Below are positions 1 to 9,577 of a stretch of 64,000 nt of DNA, in pieces; position 1 is the stretch's first letter; every line of letters starts with the position of its first letter. Below the pieces are notes generated by a model, which was not told the origin of the DNA, did not search any database, and saw only the letters and a list, made by a program, of their open reading frames with translations. The position numbers and the translations under genes were made by a program. This DNA comes from Candidatus Acidiferrales bacterium (GTDB lineage: Bacteria > Acidobacteriota > Terriglobia > Acidiferrales > UBA7541): positions 13,779 through 77,778 of the forward strand of contig CAWAPN010000010.1 of NCBI GenBank assembly GCA_963783955.1, given 5' to 3'.

Positions 1-208
1 CATAGCGGCAGCGCTACGTCACGATCTAGCCGAACGCGGCCGCGCTCGGTCCATGCCTCTGACTGGCTACTGCAAACCACTAAGTCCACCACCCGTTGTT
101 TCCCGATGTCCCCTATAGATCCGAAATCGCTGCACCCACGCCCGCCAACGTGCGCTTCCGCCGCGTTTTTGCTATTCTTCCGACGTTCCTTTAAACTGGA
201 TATAATCC

Positions 209-1978
209 ATGAAAACAAAGTCATTTTCCCTGCCATTGTTCGCGTTAACGCTCGCCTGTTCGCTCACCCTGTTCGCCACCGACAAAAACAAAGGTGGCGC
301 CAAGGAAGACGCCCGTCCCTCCTACGAACTGCCGCAACCGGAACGCGAAACGCTCGACTTCGCGATGTATGGGAAAATTCGCGAAGAAGCCAGTGTGCAT
401 TCGCACGTCATGGACTATGCCTCCGCCCTGATGGACGGAATCGGCCAACGGTTGACCGGCTCCGAAAATCTGAAGAAAGCAAACGAATGGACCAAAGACC
501 AATTCACGGCGATGGGCTGCAGCAATGCGCACCTCGAAGATTGGGGCGAATTCGGCATGGGTTGGAAGCAATTGAACACCTGGGTGCGCATGACCGCGCC
601 CGACACCGCGGTATTTATCGCGCAGGCTGCGCCATGGTCACCGCCGACCAAAGGAGCAGTGAGCGCATCCGCCGTGTGGGTCGACATCAAAACGGAAAAG
701 GACTTCGACAAATACAAAGGAAAGGTCGCTGGCAAAATCGTTCTGTACGGCGACATGCGCGAGGTAAAGCCCGTCGACAAACCGCTATTCACTCGCGACG
801 AAGAGACCGACCTGCAACGAATCCAGAGCTATCCGATACACTTAAACCAAGCCGATAACTCGTTTGCGGCCTATTTGAAAAGCCTGGAAATCCGCGAAAA
901 GGCAGGCAAATTCCTGGCGGCGGAAGGCGCCCTGGCGGTCCTCACCCCGAGCCGTGATGGCCGCAACAACGGCGGCTCCGGCGGTACCATCTTCGACGAT
1001 ACCGGCGCCGGCTTTGGCTGGCTCATCTATGAAAAGGACCACGCCGATCCCTTGCCAGTAGCCGTCACTGCCATTGAGAACTACGGCCGCGTCTACCGCC
1101 TGTTGAAAGCGAACGTCCCGGTGACCATCGAACTGAATATCGATACGCAATTCACCGGCGACCACGAACACGGTTTCGACACCATCGCCGAAATCCCCGG
1201 CACGGACCCCAAGCTGAAGGACGAACTCGTGATGGTCGGCGGCCACCTGGATTCCTGGGCTTCGGCCCAAGGCGCAACCGATAACGGAGCGGGAACCGTT
1301 GTGGCCATGGAAGTAATGCGCATCCTGAACGCCCTCCACGTAAAACCCCGGCGCACAATTCGCGTGGGCCTGTGGACCGGCGAAGAGCAAGGCGAGTTCG
1401 GATCATACGGCTATGTAAAGCAGCATTTCGGTTTCATTCCGCGCTCCACCGCTCCGGATCAAATGAGCGTCACGGAATTCGACCGCGATCCCGCCGGCCC
1501 GATCGAACTGAAGCCCGACTACCAGAGAATCTCCGCATACTTCAACCTGGACAACGGCAGTGGAAAAATTCGCGGCGTCTATTTGCAGGGGAATGGCGCC
1601 GTGGGTCCGATTTTCGCGCAATGGATCGAACCGCTGAAAGACGTCGGCGTCGCCACGCTCTCCATTCGCGACACCGGCGGAACCGACCACGAAGCCTTCG
1701 ACGCCATCGGCATTCCGGGATTTCAGTTCATTCAGGATCCCTTGGACTACGGCTCGCGAACGCACCACTCCAACATGGACACCTACGAACGTTTGCAACC
1801 CGAAGACCTAGCGCAAGCCGCCATGGTCGAAGCCATCTTCGTCTACAACGCCGCCATGCGCGACCAGATGCTCCCGCGCAAACCCTTCCCCCATCCCGAA
1901 CAAGAAAAAGATCTCTCCAAGCCGTTGAAGGGCGTCATGCCCGGCGCCGAGCTCCATGAGCAAACCCCGGGCCGATAA
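209..1978 (+). CDS. Secreted M28-family metallo-aminopeptidase with PA-like insert
   Basis: 589-aa ORF. N-terminal signal peptide MKTKSFSLPLFALTLACSLTLFA. M28 metal-ligand blocks GGHLDSWASAQGATDNGAGTVVAMEVMRIL, GLWTGEEQGEFGS and GGTDHEAF. Confidence 0.85.
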   Translation: MKTKSFSLPLFALTLACSLTLFATDKNKGGAKEDARPSYELPQPERETLDFAMYGKIREEASVHSHVMDYASALMDGIGQRLTGSENLKKANEWTKDQFTAMGCSNAHLEDWGEFGMGWKQLNTWVRMTAPDTAVFIAQAAPWSPPTKGAVSASAVWVDIKTEKDFDKYKGKVAGKIVLYGDMREVKPVDKPLFTRDEETDLQRIQSYPIHLNQADNSFAAYLKSLEIREKAGKFLAAEGALAVLTPSRDGRNNGGSGGTIFDDTGAGFGWLIYEKDHADPLPVAVTAIENYGRVYRLLKANVPVTIELNIDTQFTGDHEHGFDTIAEIPGTDPKLKDELVMVGGHLDSWASAQGATDNGAGTVVAMEVMRILNALHVKPRRTIRVGLWTGEEQGEFGSYGYVKQHFGFIPRSTAPDQMSVTEFDRDPAGPIELKPDYQRISAYFNLDNGSGKIRGVYLQGNGAVGPIFAQWIEPLKDVGVATLSIRDTGGTDHEAFDAIGIPGFQFIQDPLDYGSRTHHSNMDTYERLQPEDLAQAAMVEAIFVYNAAMRDQMLPRKPFPHPEQEKDLSKPLKGVMPGAELHEQTPGR

Positions 1979-2003
1979 TTCGTGTGGGCCTTCTTCCTTG
2001 TAG

Positions 2004-2027
2004 CGGCCGCCCTCTGCGGCGGGCCGC
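2004..2027. terminator. GC-rich hairpin between convergent genes (no U-tract)
   Basis: gcggccgcc / ggcgggccgc form a 9-bp GC stem with one bulged G and a 5-nt loop. It lies between the peptidase stop (1978) and the cupin stop (2128). It lacks a T-run on either strand, so it is at most a non-canonical terminator. Confidence 0.3.
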
Positions 2028-2127
2028 CAACCCAAATGCTTGGCAACCCCTCGGCCCGCTAGCCGGGTCCTCCGCCTTCTCCGTGATCCTCCACGCACTC
2101 AGCGTCTCCGTGGTAATTGTTCTCTTC

Positions 2128-2571
2128 TCACGCATCCGCTCCCGGCCCAACAGCCACCACAAAATACATCGCCGCCGTCGCCCCAACATTTCGAATTCCA
2201 TGCTCCTCGTTCGACCGAACAAATCCGACCCCTCCAGGTCCCAATCGATAAGCCGTCCCGTTCACAGCAATTTCCACCGTTCCCTCGCGAATCAGCCACA
2301 TCTCCGAATGCACATGGTGATGCGGCGGATGCGGCGCCCCGCCGGCCGGCAAAGTCGTTTCGTGTACTTCCAACGACTCTCCCGTCGCGAGCTTACCCTT
2401 CAACACCGCGCGAAACTCCGCGCCATTCGAACTCTCAACCGACAACTTATCGAACGGATACATCGCGGAAGGAAGCGCGTGCTGCTCGGGACCCTGCTCC
2501 CGTACAAGCAACAGCCCAGGTAACAGCGTGGTAGGAAACGCTACACACAATTCGCGACGGCTCATGGTCAT
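2128..2571 (-). CDS. Cupin-domain protein with an N-terminal signal-like segment
   Basis: 147-aa ORF. Cupin metal motif region HPPHHHVHSEMWLIREGTVEIAVNG. N-terminus MTMSRRELCVAFPTTLLPGLLLV resembles an export or Tat-like signal. Confidence 0.7.
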   Translation of the reverse strand: MTMSRRELCVAFPTTLLPGLLLVREQGPEQHALPSAMYPFDKLSVESSNGAEFRAVLKGKLATGESLEVHETTLPAGGAPHPPHHHVHSEMWLIREGTVEIAVNGTAYRLGPGGVGFVRSNEEHGIRNVGATAAMYFVVAVGPGADA

Positions 2572-2699
2572 GAGATTCTCCAGTCATTCCGGAAATTTCC
2601 AACGTTTCCCGCTTCTCTAGCAGCCGCCCTCCGCTTACCCTGAGTTGCGAAGGGCTTGCCCTGAGGTAAGAAGCGAGTCCGTCGGTTTCGAAACTTCAA

Positions 2700-3050
2700 A
2701 TTGCGTTCGATTCGACCGTCACGCGGGCGCGAGCGAAACGCCTTCGAGGTCTGAATCCCTGGCAACGGAACCGGTGGCATCGGCTTTGTACTATATATTT
2801 TACACGCGTTGGCGAAGCGAACTCGGAATACCCAGCAGACCAGCAAGACCAGCGGCAAGAAAGCCGGAATAAACGGCAGGTTCGATTGCTGAAATACAGA
2901 AGGAATATCCTGCTGCCCGGTCCCAAGAAGAAGGACCGCAACGCGGTGAATAGACCAAGTCGCATGCGCCACAGACGTCGCACGATGCGCTGCGCGCCGA
3001 AATCGCCGCCGCGAATTAGCATGCGGAGGTCTCCGACAGCAGCAAACACG
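2700..3050 (-). pseudogene. Possible decayed isoprenylcysteine carboxyl methyltransferase (ICMT/PEMT)-like membrane protein
   Basis: No intact ORF in a 600-bp gap. One minus frame reads GAQRIVRRLWRMRLGLFTALRSFFLGPGS (compare the family motif G-x-Y-R-x-V-R-H-P-x-Y-x-G). A second frame reads IPAFLPLVLLVCWVFRVRF...KPMPPVPLPGI (compare the C-terminal R-L-I-P-G-I/V). Recognition is by eye only. Confidence 0.3.
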
Positions 3051-3181
3051 GGCGCATTGTGCGATCCCCTCGGAACCGTTCATGCTACTCGGTTATACGA
3101 GCATGGAATGAAAAAAAGCTTCAGTATCGAAGCCATTCTCGTAAGCGATTCAGATTCAATCCGATGTTCGTTGCGCCCGTG

Positions 3182-4231
3182 TTAACGCCGCGACGGCAGA
3201 AACTTCCAAATTGCTGGGTCTTCCTCGCCGAGAACCCAGGAGCAAAAACCTTGCAGGCCATCTTTCTGGACTAGCTCGTAGCGATCCTTAAAGGTGCGCA
3301 CATCGGTGAAGAAGATCCATTCGCGCATCTGATCGCGATAGAAAAAGACGTAGGCGCTGTGATCATCCGGGTCCCACTGAATTTTGCCATTGTAGGCTTC
3401 GGCGAGCAGCAATGCATTGGGCGCGCTGATGGATTCAGCTGTGGGGTTTGGCTTCTCTTTGCTGGTCTCGTTCTCTTTCGTCGGCGCTCCTGTATACCAA
3501 TGATAGCCGTACAGCGGAATGCCGAGGGAAAGCTTGCCTTTTGGAACAACTTTCAGCGCGTAATTGAGGTTGTCGACGGTCCAGTCCCAGCCGGCGACCG
3601 GCCCCGGCATGGTCCAGCGAGTGTGCTGGTCGTAGGTCATCAGACAAAGCAGATCGACGTATTTCGCAATGGCGGCAATGTCGTACCCGCCGCGCCAGTC
3701 GGTATAGATCCACTTGGCGAAGCCGCCGGTACCGGGGTAACCGGGAGCGTTCGGCACCGTGGCGATGGTCAATTGCAGGCCGGCTCTGTGCATCGCTTCT
3801 CCGGAGGTTTTCACCAACTCTGTCAACAGGTCGCGGTCGGTCCAGTCGATATTCTCAAAATCCAATTGGAAACCGGTATAGCCGTGCAGCTTCGACTCCC
3901 GGACCATCGCATCGCTCATTTGCATTTGAGCAGCGGCGCTGCCCGCGAGCATGTGGAACTTCTTCTTGTCGAAGATGGCAAGGATCGGCATGACCGGCAG
4001 CTTCTCATCCTGAGCTCGTTTGAGCACCGTCGGCTCAGGAGCTCCGGTGACCAAGCCATTCTCATCCACCTCGTACCAAGTGGGCACCAACAGGTCGATC
4101 TGCGAGGAATGCGCCAGGAAAGAGCGGATGGAGTCAGGACTATTGGTCAAATAAAACAGAGCCACCGGCGCTGCTTGCAGACCAGGGATGGCACTGAAAA
4201 CAAACAGGACAAACAGAAGGAATCGCTTCAT
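3182..4231 (-). CDS. Secreted glycoside hydrolase family 18-like protein (YaaH/chitinase-like)
   Basis: 349-aa ORF. Signal peptide MKRFLLFVLFVFSAIPGLQA. GH18-type catalytic block YTGFQLDFENIDW (the D-x-E of the DxxDxDxE motif). Confidence 0.75.
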   Translation of the reverse strand: MKRFLLFVLFVFSAIPGLQAAPVALFYLTNSPDSIRSFLAHSSQIDLLVPTWYEVDENGLVTGAPEPTVLKRAQDEKLPVMPILAIFDKKKFHMLAGSAAAQMQMSDAMVRESKLHGYTGFQLDFENIDWTDRDLLTELVKTSGEAMHRAGLQLTIATVPNAPGYPGTGGFAKWIYTDWRGGYDIAAIAKYVDLLCLMTYDQHTRWTMPGPVAGWDWTVDNLNYALKVVPKGKLSLGIPLYGYHWYTGAPTKENETSKEKPNPTAESISAPNALLLAEAYNGKIQWDPDDHSAYVFFYRDQMREWIFFTDVRTFKDRYELVQKDGLQGFCSWVLGEEDPAIWKFLPSRR

Positions 4232-4357
4232 TTAAAATGGTCACTTCGCTTTCTACAAGATCACGCAGCGAAAGAATATATCCCGACTGCGAACCTCGCA
4301 ATCCTTTTTCCCAAATGCGAACCGGCGTTTTTCCCGGAGACCGCTTAGAATACGAAG

Positions 4358-4843
4358 ATGGCCGCTACCGGCATGCCCATTCCCCGCAAAGGATTCGGTC
4401 TTCCTTGGCTGCTTCTTTGTGTGGCCTTCGCTTTGCACGTCTGGGACGAAGCTGCCCACGATTTCCTCGGCTACTACAACGCCACCGTTCTTACCCTATA
4501 CGGCCACTTCTCCTGGTTTCCCCGAATGGACATGGCCTTCCGCCAGTGGCTGATCGGCCTGATCGTAGCCATCCTCATTTGTAGCGCACTAACGCCATTC
4601 GCCTTCCGCAATTCGCGCTGGCTCCGCCCTTTGGCCTATCTTCTTGCCATCATCCATTTCCTGAACGGCCTCGGCCACATCACCGTGCAGATCCTCGGCC
4701 GGACCGTTCCTTCGGTCCATTTTGACGGCATCTCTCCGGGCTTCTACACCGCTCCTCTACTGCTAGCTGCGTCGGCCTATCTATTCTGGCGCCTGCGTAA
4801 AACCAGACTGCAGCCGGTAAGTCCGTTCCGCAGCACGGATTAA
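4358..4843 (+). CDS. Small polytopic membrane protein, HXXEE-like
   Basis: 161-aa ORF with about 4 hydrophobic helices. HVWDEAAHDF near helix 1 resembles the HXXEE membrane family motif. Diverges from the GH18 gene. Confidence 0.45.
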   Translation: MAATGMPIPRKGFGLPWLLLCVAFALHVWDEAAHDFLGYYNATVLTLYGHFSWFPRMDMAFRQWLIGLIVAILICSALTPFAFRNSRWLRPLAYLLAIIHFLNGLGHITVQILGRTVPSVHFDGISPGFYTAPLLLAASAYLFWRLRKTRLQPVSPFRSTD

Positions 4844-5308
4844 TTGGTCCCGTTTGCTTTCGCGAGCCCGTGCAACCATCCTGCACACAACGAATGCGCT
4901 CAAGGTAGCGGCGGGTCTTTAGGTCCGTGCTTTCGCTTTTGGCTGGGCGGCAATGCTTACGTAGGGCCACCCCGGCACGAGCAACCGCAGGTCCGTGCAT
5001 GCCCCGCTCAAGAAGCGAGGCGGGCAAACTTTTAGGTAGCGATTAGGAATTCAAGAGCCAGAAGCCGTTGATGAGAATCGGAATGACGCAAACGTAGGTA
5101 CCGTGAACTTAGACATCCAGCCCAACTCTGCGGGACATTCCAAACCGTACAACCAGAGCAGCCATTACAAAGAGCACAACGCCGGTAAAATTCTTCACAA
5201 AAACATTGTTCCGGGGAGGGCCGCCAAGGCAGCCAGAAGTTTCGCGACAATTCCGCTCCTGTCACCTACTCCACGGTTGCAAGCGGATTACGGCATTGTC
5301 TACCGTCC

Positions 5309-5674
5309 TCAAAAACTTGCTACCGCCTCCGCTTCGCTCGGACAGGTTTCAAATATTGGCAGCAGCCGCGCGATCTCCAGCGCTTGCTTCAACTTCGGGC
5401 CAAGATTACAAAGCAGCAGCCTTCCGCCTTTGGCTTTTGCCTTTCGATGCATCTCGATCAGTGCCCCAAGCCCCGCGCTGTCCACATAATTCACGCGTTC
5501 AAGATTAATGACCATCCGTGTCGCGCCGGATGTGAGGAGATTGTCGATCATCGTACGTAACCCGATGCTCTCTTCGCCGAGCACAAGGCGTCCGCTGAGC
5601 GATAAAAGGTAGACTCCATTGGTCTCCCGCTGTGTTATTTCCAAAGGCACGCTTACCTCCCCATAGGCCGACAT
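5309..5674 (-). CDS. STAS-domain anti-sigma-factor antagonist (SpoIIAA-like)
   Basis: 121-aa ORF. Typical block VNYVDSAGLGALIEMHRKAKAKGGRLLLCNLGPKLKQALEIARL with the conserved phosphorylatable Ser in DSAG. Confidence 0.85.
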   Translation of the reverse strand: MSAYGEVSVPLEITQRETNGVYLLSLSGRLVLGEESIGLRTMIDNLLTSGATRMVINLERVNYVDSAGLGALIEMHRKAKAKGGRLLLCNLGPKLKQALEIARLLPIFETCPSEAEAVASF

Positions 5675-5815
5675 ATGGATTTACGGTTTCATCCATAATA
5701 GCTTCTGGACCGCTGATACGGAAAGCTGCGAATGACGGTGCTCGGCACCCTTCGAAGGAAGCGGCGGGTACGTGGCTTTGCGGTGAGCTGACCGGCCGAA
5801 TGAGAGAAGACGCGG

Positions 5816-5990
5816 CCGTGCTTCGCGCTCGAAGCCAGCTAGCGATTGTGAGTCATTGGCCACGTCGTCAGGAAGGAATTTGAGCGCCAGGAAGCGACCA
5901 AGGCGCGTGTCTTCGGCCTTGTACACCACGCCCATTCCACCTCGGCAGAACTTCCCGATGATGCGGTAACGCGACGTCGTTTGCCAGAGG
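5816..5990 (-). pseudogene. 5-prime stub of a Ser/Thr protein kinase gene
   Basis: The minus-strand frame reads [57 protein letters not shown]. This covers the kinase subdomain I glycine loop (degraded from GxGxxG to FCRGGMG), the VAIK-type lysine (ALKF) and subdomain III (FEREAR). There is no start codon, and the frame becomes non-kinase sequence after about 60 aa and stops at 5681. Confidence 0.6.
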
Positions 5991-6067
5991 AACGTGCTCG
6001 GTTCCGATTGGTTCGCAATCCCAGGTTGCGAGCGTCCCCCAAGTCAACGAATCGCAAGAACGTGGCG

Positions 6068-7816
6068 CTAAAAACCGGAGCGGGACGACGCCTCGAAGAT
6101 GAGTTGCTTATCCATGTCCAGCATTTGTTTGCGATAAGCATACAGAGCGACAAAAATAACGGCAAAAAGCGGGAGCAGGCAGAAGATGCGCAACGGCTCG
6201 ACGAGCGACCAATGTTCGAGATCAGGAAGGTAGTCGGCATACAGGAAAAATCCGAAGAGATAAGCGACCAGAATCATCCCGGAGTTGCTTTGGAACTCGG
6301 GATACGAGCACGTGTGCGGAATTTTGCGGAAATGGATCAACAGCACTTCGACCAGGAAGACGGTGCTCACGATCAGGATTGCCGTGTGCAGCAGGGCATT
6401 GCGCCAGCCGAAGAAATATTGTGTAGCGACAAAACAGCCTGGCGCTAGCGAGGGCAACGAAAACGTCAGGAGGATCCGGCGCGCGACGGACCTCGGGAGC
6501 CGGTCACCGGGAGGCAGCCAAAACCTGAAGACCCAGTTGGCGTCGAGGGCAGCGGGAACTTCGAACGCCGCGCGCACCCCGATGATCACGCAGTAGCCGA
6601 GAATGAACGGAATGGACAGAAAGTCTGCCGAAGGCGCGTGGCGGATCAGAAAAAGCTTGTCGCCACGGATAGACGTGATGCTTTCGGCGGCAGCGACGAG
6701 GCCCAATGCAGCGAAGGCCGAAATAACTTGTAAGTGAGCATCGCTCCGCAGCAGGGTTCTGGCAACGAATTGATAGCACGCGCGCTGAAAAGGTCCGCGG
6801 AGAATCAGTCGATAAAGCGGGGCCAGTGGCGAAAAAGAAAGGCGCAGGTGCGGCAGCGGACCGGCATCGGTGGTTTCCGGAATGCGCAGGAACGACCGGC
6901 GAAAGCTGGATGCGAAGCCAACAATCGCGATAAGCCCTGTCAGCGCAAAGACAGACAGGGCTGCTCTCGCGATGACGGCTGCAAACGTGTCGGTTCCTTC
7001 GAGCCAGATGGTGCGCGCGATCCCGAGCGTCGACACGGGCGGCAGTATAGCGAGCTTTTGTGCCTCGACGACGGACATGCTGAGCAGTTGATCTGGAACT
7101 GTAAACGCGCTCGCAAGCAGTCCCAGGAGAACGACGGCAAGCGCGAAGCGCACAACCAGCGAAACTCGTCGAAACGCACCCGCCGGCAAGATCGCCACCA
7201 ACAGACCACTCACGGCAAACACCGCGAGAAAACCGAAGAGACTCGCGAAGACGACGGCCACCGCGTGGCCAGCCGAGAAGCGCAGAAAAATCAGCAAAGA
7301 GCCTTGCGAACCAACGACAGCGACAGGAAACAGAACAAAAGACGCAGCGTTGACCATGACCGCAAAGAGGGCGACAAAAACGAGTACCGCGGCAAAATTA
7401 GCGAAGAAGAGCGTGCCGAGCGGTATAGGAAGGCCGACGAGGTTCGCGTGGTCGCGGCGGTCGAGAAAGACGGAATCCCACCGCCAGAGGGCCACGGCGC
7501 CACTGACGGAGGTCGAGAGAACCACAAAAAAATACTCGTCGGGGATCGTGGCGGTGAACGGGTCGTAGACGCCGTCTCCACGGAGGAAACGGATCAGCGA
7601 GCCGTACTTCTCGAACATGAGAAGCGAAACCAGCAAACCAGGCATGGCAAGCAGGATAAGCAGGGCTCCGACGCCGAGACCTAGCTCTTCGCTGCCGGTT
7701 TCGCCCCCCCCGTGAAACATGCGCCCGACGAACAAGCGTACCAGGCATCCGAAAGTGGTTCGCGAAAATGTATCCCAACGTTGTTCCAGGAAAGATTTAG
7801 CGGCGCCGAGCATCAT
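6068..7816 (-). CDS. Large polytopic membrane protein, putative permease partner of the upstream ABC ATPase
   Basis: 582-aa ORF with more than 10 hydrophobic segments. Its ATG overlaps the ATPase stop (ATGA at 7813-7816). No family motif recognised. Confidence 0.6.
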   Translation of the reverse strand: MMLGAAKSFLEQRWDTFSRTTFGCLVRLFVGRMFHGGGETGSEELGLGVGALLILLAMPGLLVSLLMFEKYGSLIRFLRGDGVYDPFTATIPDEYFFVVLSTSVSGAVALWRWDSVFLDRRDHANLVGLPIPLGTLFFANFAAVLVFVALFAVMVNAASFVLFPVAVVGSQGSLLIFLRFSAGHAVAVVFASLFGFLAVFAVSGLLVAILPAGAFRRVSLVVRFALAVVLLGLLASAFTVPDQLLSMSVVEAQKLAILPPVSTLGIARTIWLEGTDTFAAVIARAALSVFALTGLIAIVGFASSFRRSFLRIPETTDAGPLPHLRLSFSPLAPLYRLILRGPFQRACYQFVARTLLRSDAHLQVISAFAALGLVAAAESITSIRGDKLFLIRHAPSADFLSIPFILGYCVIIGVRAAFEVPAALDANWVFRFWLPPGDRLPRSVARRILLTFSLPSLAPGCFVATQYFFGWRNALLHTAILIVSTVFLVEVLLIHFRKIPHTCSYPEFQSNSGMILVAYLFGFFLYADYLPDLEHWSLVEPLRIFCLLPLFAVIFVALYAYRKQMLDMDKQLIFEASSRSGF

Positions 7817-8622
7817 GCAACCACCACGTCGACAATCTCGTTCGCAACCTTGCTCACGTCGCGGTCTTCGACCAGCTGAAGAAAAGTGCTTTCCAGCGAA
7901 GACTCGCCGATGCTCTCGCGGACGTCGGCGGTGGAGCCGTACGCGATGACCTGGCCCTTTCGAAGGATGATCAGCCGCGAACAGATTTTTTCCACGACTT
8001 CCAGGACATGCGAGCAGAAGAAAACGGCCTTGCCTTTTACGCTCAACGCCTGGACCAGGTTCTTGAAGATGAGCGCGGAGGTTACGTCAAGGCCGGAAAG
8101 CGGCTCGTCGAGAATCAAAACGTCAGGGTTGTCCATCAGCGCAGCGATCAGGAGAATGCGCTGTCGCATGCCTTTTGAATACGACCCAAGCGCCACGTCG
8201 CGGTGCGGCCATAAAGTAAACAGTTCGAGAAGCTGGTGGATGCGGGAATTCTGCCGGGCCGAGGGCATGCCGCGAAGCGTAGCGACCATTCTCAGATATT
8301 CTTCGCCGCTCAGGTAGGGATACAGATTGGCTTCTTCGGGGACATAGCCGAGATGCTTGCGGTAGGCGACCAGGTCCTTGTGAATGTCTTGACCGTTGTA
8401 GACGACTTGGCCACGCGTGGGTTGCAGCAGCCCGGTCAGCATTTTTACGGTAGTGCTTTTGCCCGAGCCGTTGGGCCCGAGGTAACCGAGGATTTGGCCT
8501 GGTTCAAGAGAGAAGCTGATCTCTTGCACGGCGGGCGAGGAACCGTAGAACTTCGAGAGCCCTGTTGCTTGGAGCATTGGTCTCCTTTGCACTGGGGCGT
8601 AGGGGTGTGGTAGCTGGAACAT
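7813..8622 (-). CDS. ABC transporter ATP-binding protein
   Basis: Walker A GPNGSGKSTT. Signature-like YSKGMRQR. Walker B VLILDEPLSGLD. The likely true start is the internal Met at 8577 (MLQATGLSKFYG). Confidence 0.9.
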   Translation of the reverse strand: MFQLPHPYAPVQRRPMLQATGLSKFYGSSPAVQEISFSLEPGQILGYLGPNGSGKSTTVKMLTGLLQPTRGQVVYNGQDIHKDLVAYRKHLGYVPEEANLYPYLSGEEYLRMVATLRGMPSARQNSRIHQLLELFTLWPHRDVALGSYSKGMRQRILLIAALMDNPDVLILDEPLSGLDVTSALIFKNLVQALSVKGKAVFFCSHVLEVVEKICSRLIILRKGQVIAYGSTADVRESIGESSLESTFLQLVEDRDVSKVANEIVDVVVA

Positions 8623-8804
8623 TGTTTGGACACCAGCGAGGTCTCTAAGGTTCCAACATCATAGCTCGAGCCAAGGGTAAGCGGTGAGAGGCATCCTTGC
8701 GGTAGTGCCACTTCAGGCTCGCGTCGTGCAGGAAAATGCGCTATAAACCCACGATCAGCGTCGACGGGTAGGCTCGCGACCCGCGCTGCTCGAGGTGAAA
8801 AAAC

Positions 8805-9116
8805 ATGACTCGCGCTTCATGGCACAGGTTGGCCACGGCCCTACTGTTCAGCTTCATTCTTTACTTCGTTTCTTCTGGCCTGGTAACAGCAAGCCGTCTC
8901 GCCGTGCGATCGCCGGAAACGGCTGGCCCCGCCTCGAACGACGACAAGAGCCAATGGCGCAAGTTGCAAAGGGGCATGTCTAAGGACGACGTGAAAAAGC
9001 TGTTGGGAGAGCCAGGGAAGGTCTCTGTCTCTAAATACTATGAATTCTGGTATTACGCGGGCGGGAGTGTCACCTTCGACTCGAAAAGCCGTCTTGATTC
9101 CTGGAACGAGCCCTAA
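8805..9116 (+). CDS. Small exported protein, BamE/SmpA-OmlA-like
   Basis: 103-aa ORF with an N-terminal hydrophobic anchor. GMSKDDVKKLLGEPGKV...YEFWYY...VTFD resembles the SmpA/OmlA fold signature. Confidence 0.45.
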   Translation: MTRASWHRLATALLFSFILYFVSSGLVTASRLAVRSPETAGPASNDDKSQWRKLQRGMSKDDVKKLLGEPGKVSVSKYYEFWYYAGGSVTFDSKSRLDSWNEP

Positions 9117-9577
9117 GCGATGCCGGAACGTATAAATCCCTATGACTTGGGATCCCAAAGAAAAGGCACACAAGGCTTACTTGTTCGCCGATTCCTTCCC
9201 CACCGCTCTCGTTGAAACCGGCAATTGGAAGGATCACGTTGTTGTTTATGGCAGCGAGCGTTCCGTCGGCGCCAGGGAAATTGGCCTGCGGAGCTCGACA
9301 GAGTTGCTCGACGGCGGGAGGCTTGCGAGCGAGGCATTTTCGAGCGCAACCGGTTCGCCGGAAGCCCTTGTCGTTTCACGGCGAAGCCGGGAAAAAGTAA
9401 TTGGCCGGTGTCGCTAAAAAGAAAATCAAATAGCCCACAAGTTGTTGTCGTGCCTGGTCTTGTTGCCGGGTCTCCGCTGACGCGAAAGCATTATCAGCCA
9501 TTTGTACAACCACGATCGCCGTTGTTCTGGCGGTTACCACTGGTCTGAATATAGTCAAATGAGGAGTCTCTCCCCCA

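Noticed and set aside
201-206. TATAAT hexamer 2 nt upstream of the M28 peptidase ATG, considered as a leaderless promoter
   Set aside because: The spacing would put the transcription start inside the coding region, downstream of the ATG that begins a good signal peptide. It is probably coincidental or belongs to a different start arrangement.
4921-5000. Two copies of AGGTCCGTGC 70 nt apart downstream of the HXXEE-like gene
   Set aside because: A 10-nt direct repeat in GC-rich DNA with no associated structure or gene, likely chance.
5032-5265. 77-aa Cys-rich ORF (CFCEEFYRRCALCNGCSGCTVW) considered as a possible RiPP precursor or zinc-ribbon peptide
   Set aside because: Third codon positions are T-rich, unlike genuine genes here. 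A different minus frame gives two TM-like segments (VKNFTGVVLFVMAALVVRFG and YVCVIPILINGFWLL) separated by an in-frame TAA. Neither reading is supportable without homology evidence. At most it is another decayed small membrane-protein gene.
6734-7684. 316-aa plus-strand ORF rich in Arg/Lys/Glu/Asp
   Set aside because: It is antisense to the 582-aa membrane protein gene. The charged low-complexity sequence is the expected complement of hydrophobic codons.
9142-9417. 91-aa ORF (MTWDPKEKAHKAYLFADSFPTALVETGNWKDHVVVYGSE...) in the 460-bp leader of the lectin gene
   Set aside because: Only the first 40 or so codons look protein-like, and the remainder is Arg/Ser/Gly-rich. There is no Shine-Dalgarno and no motif. 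It may be another remnant but cannot be supported.
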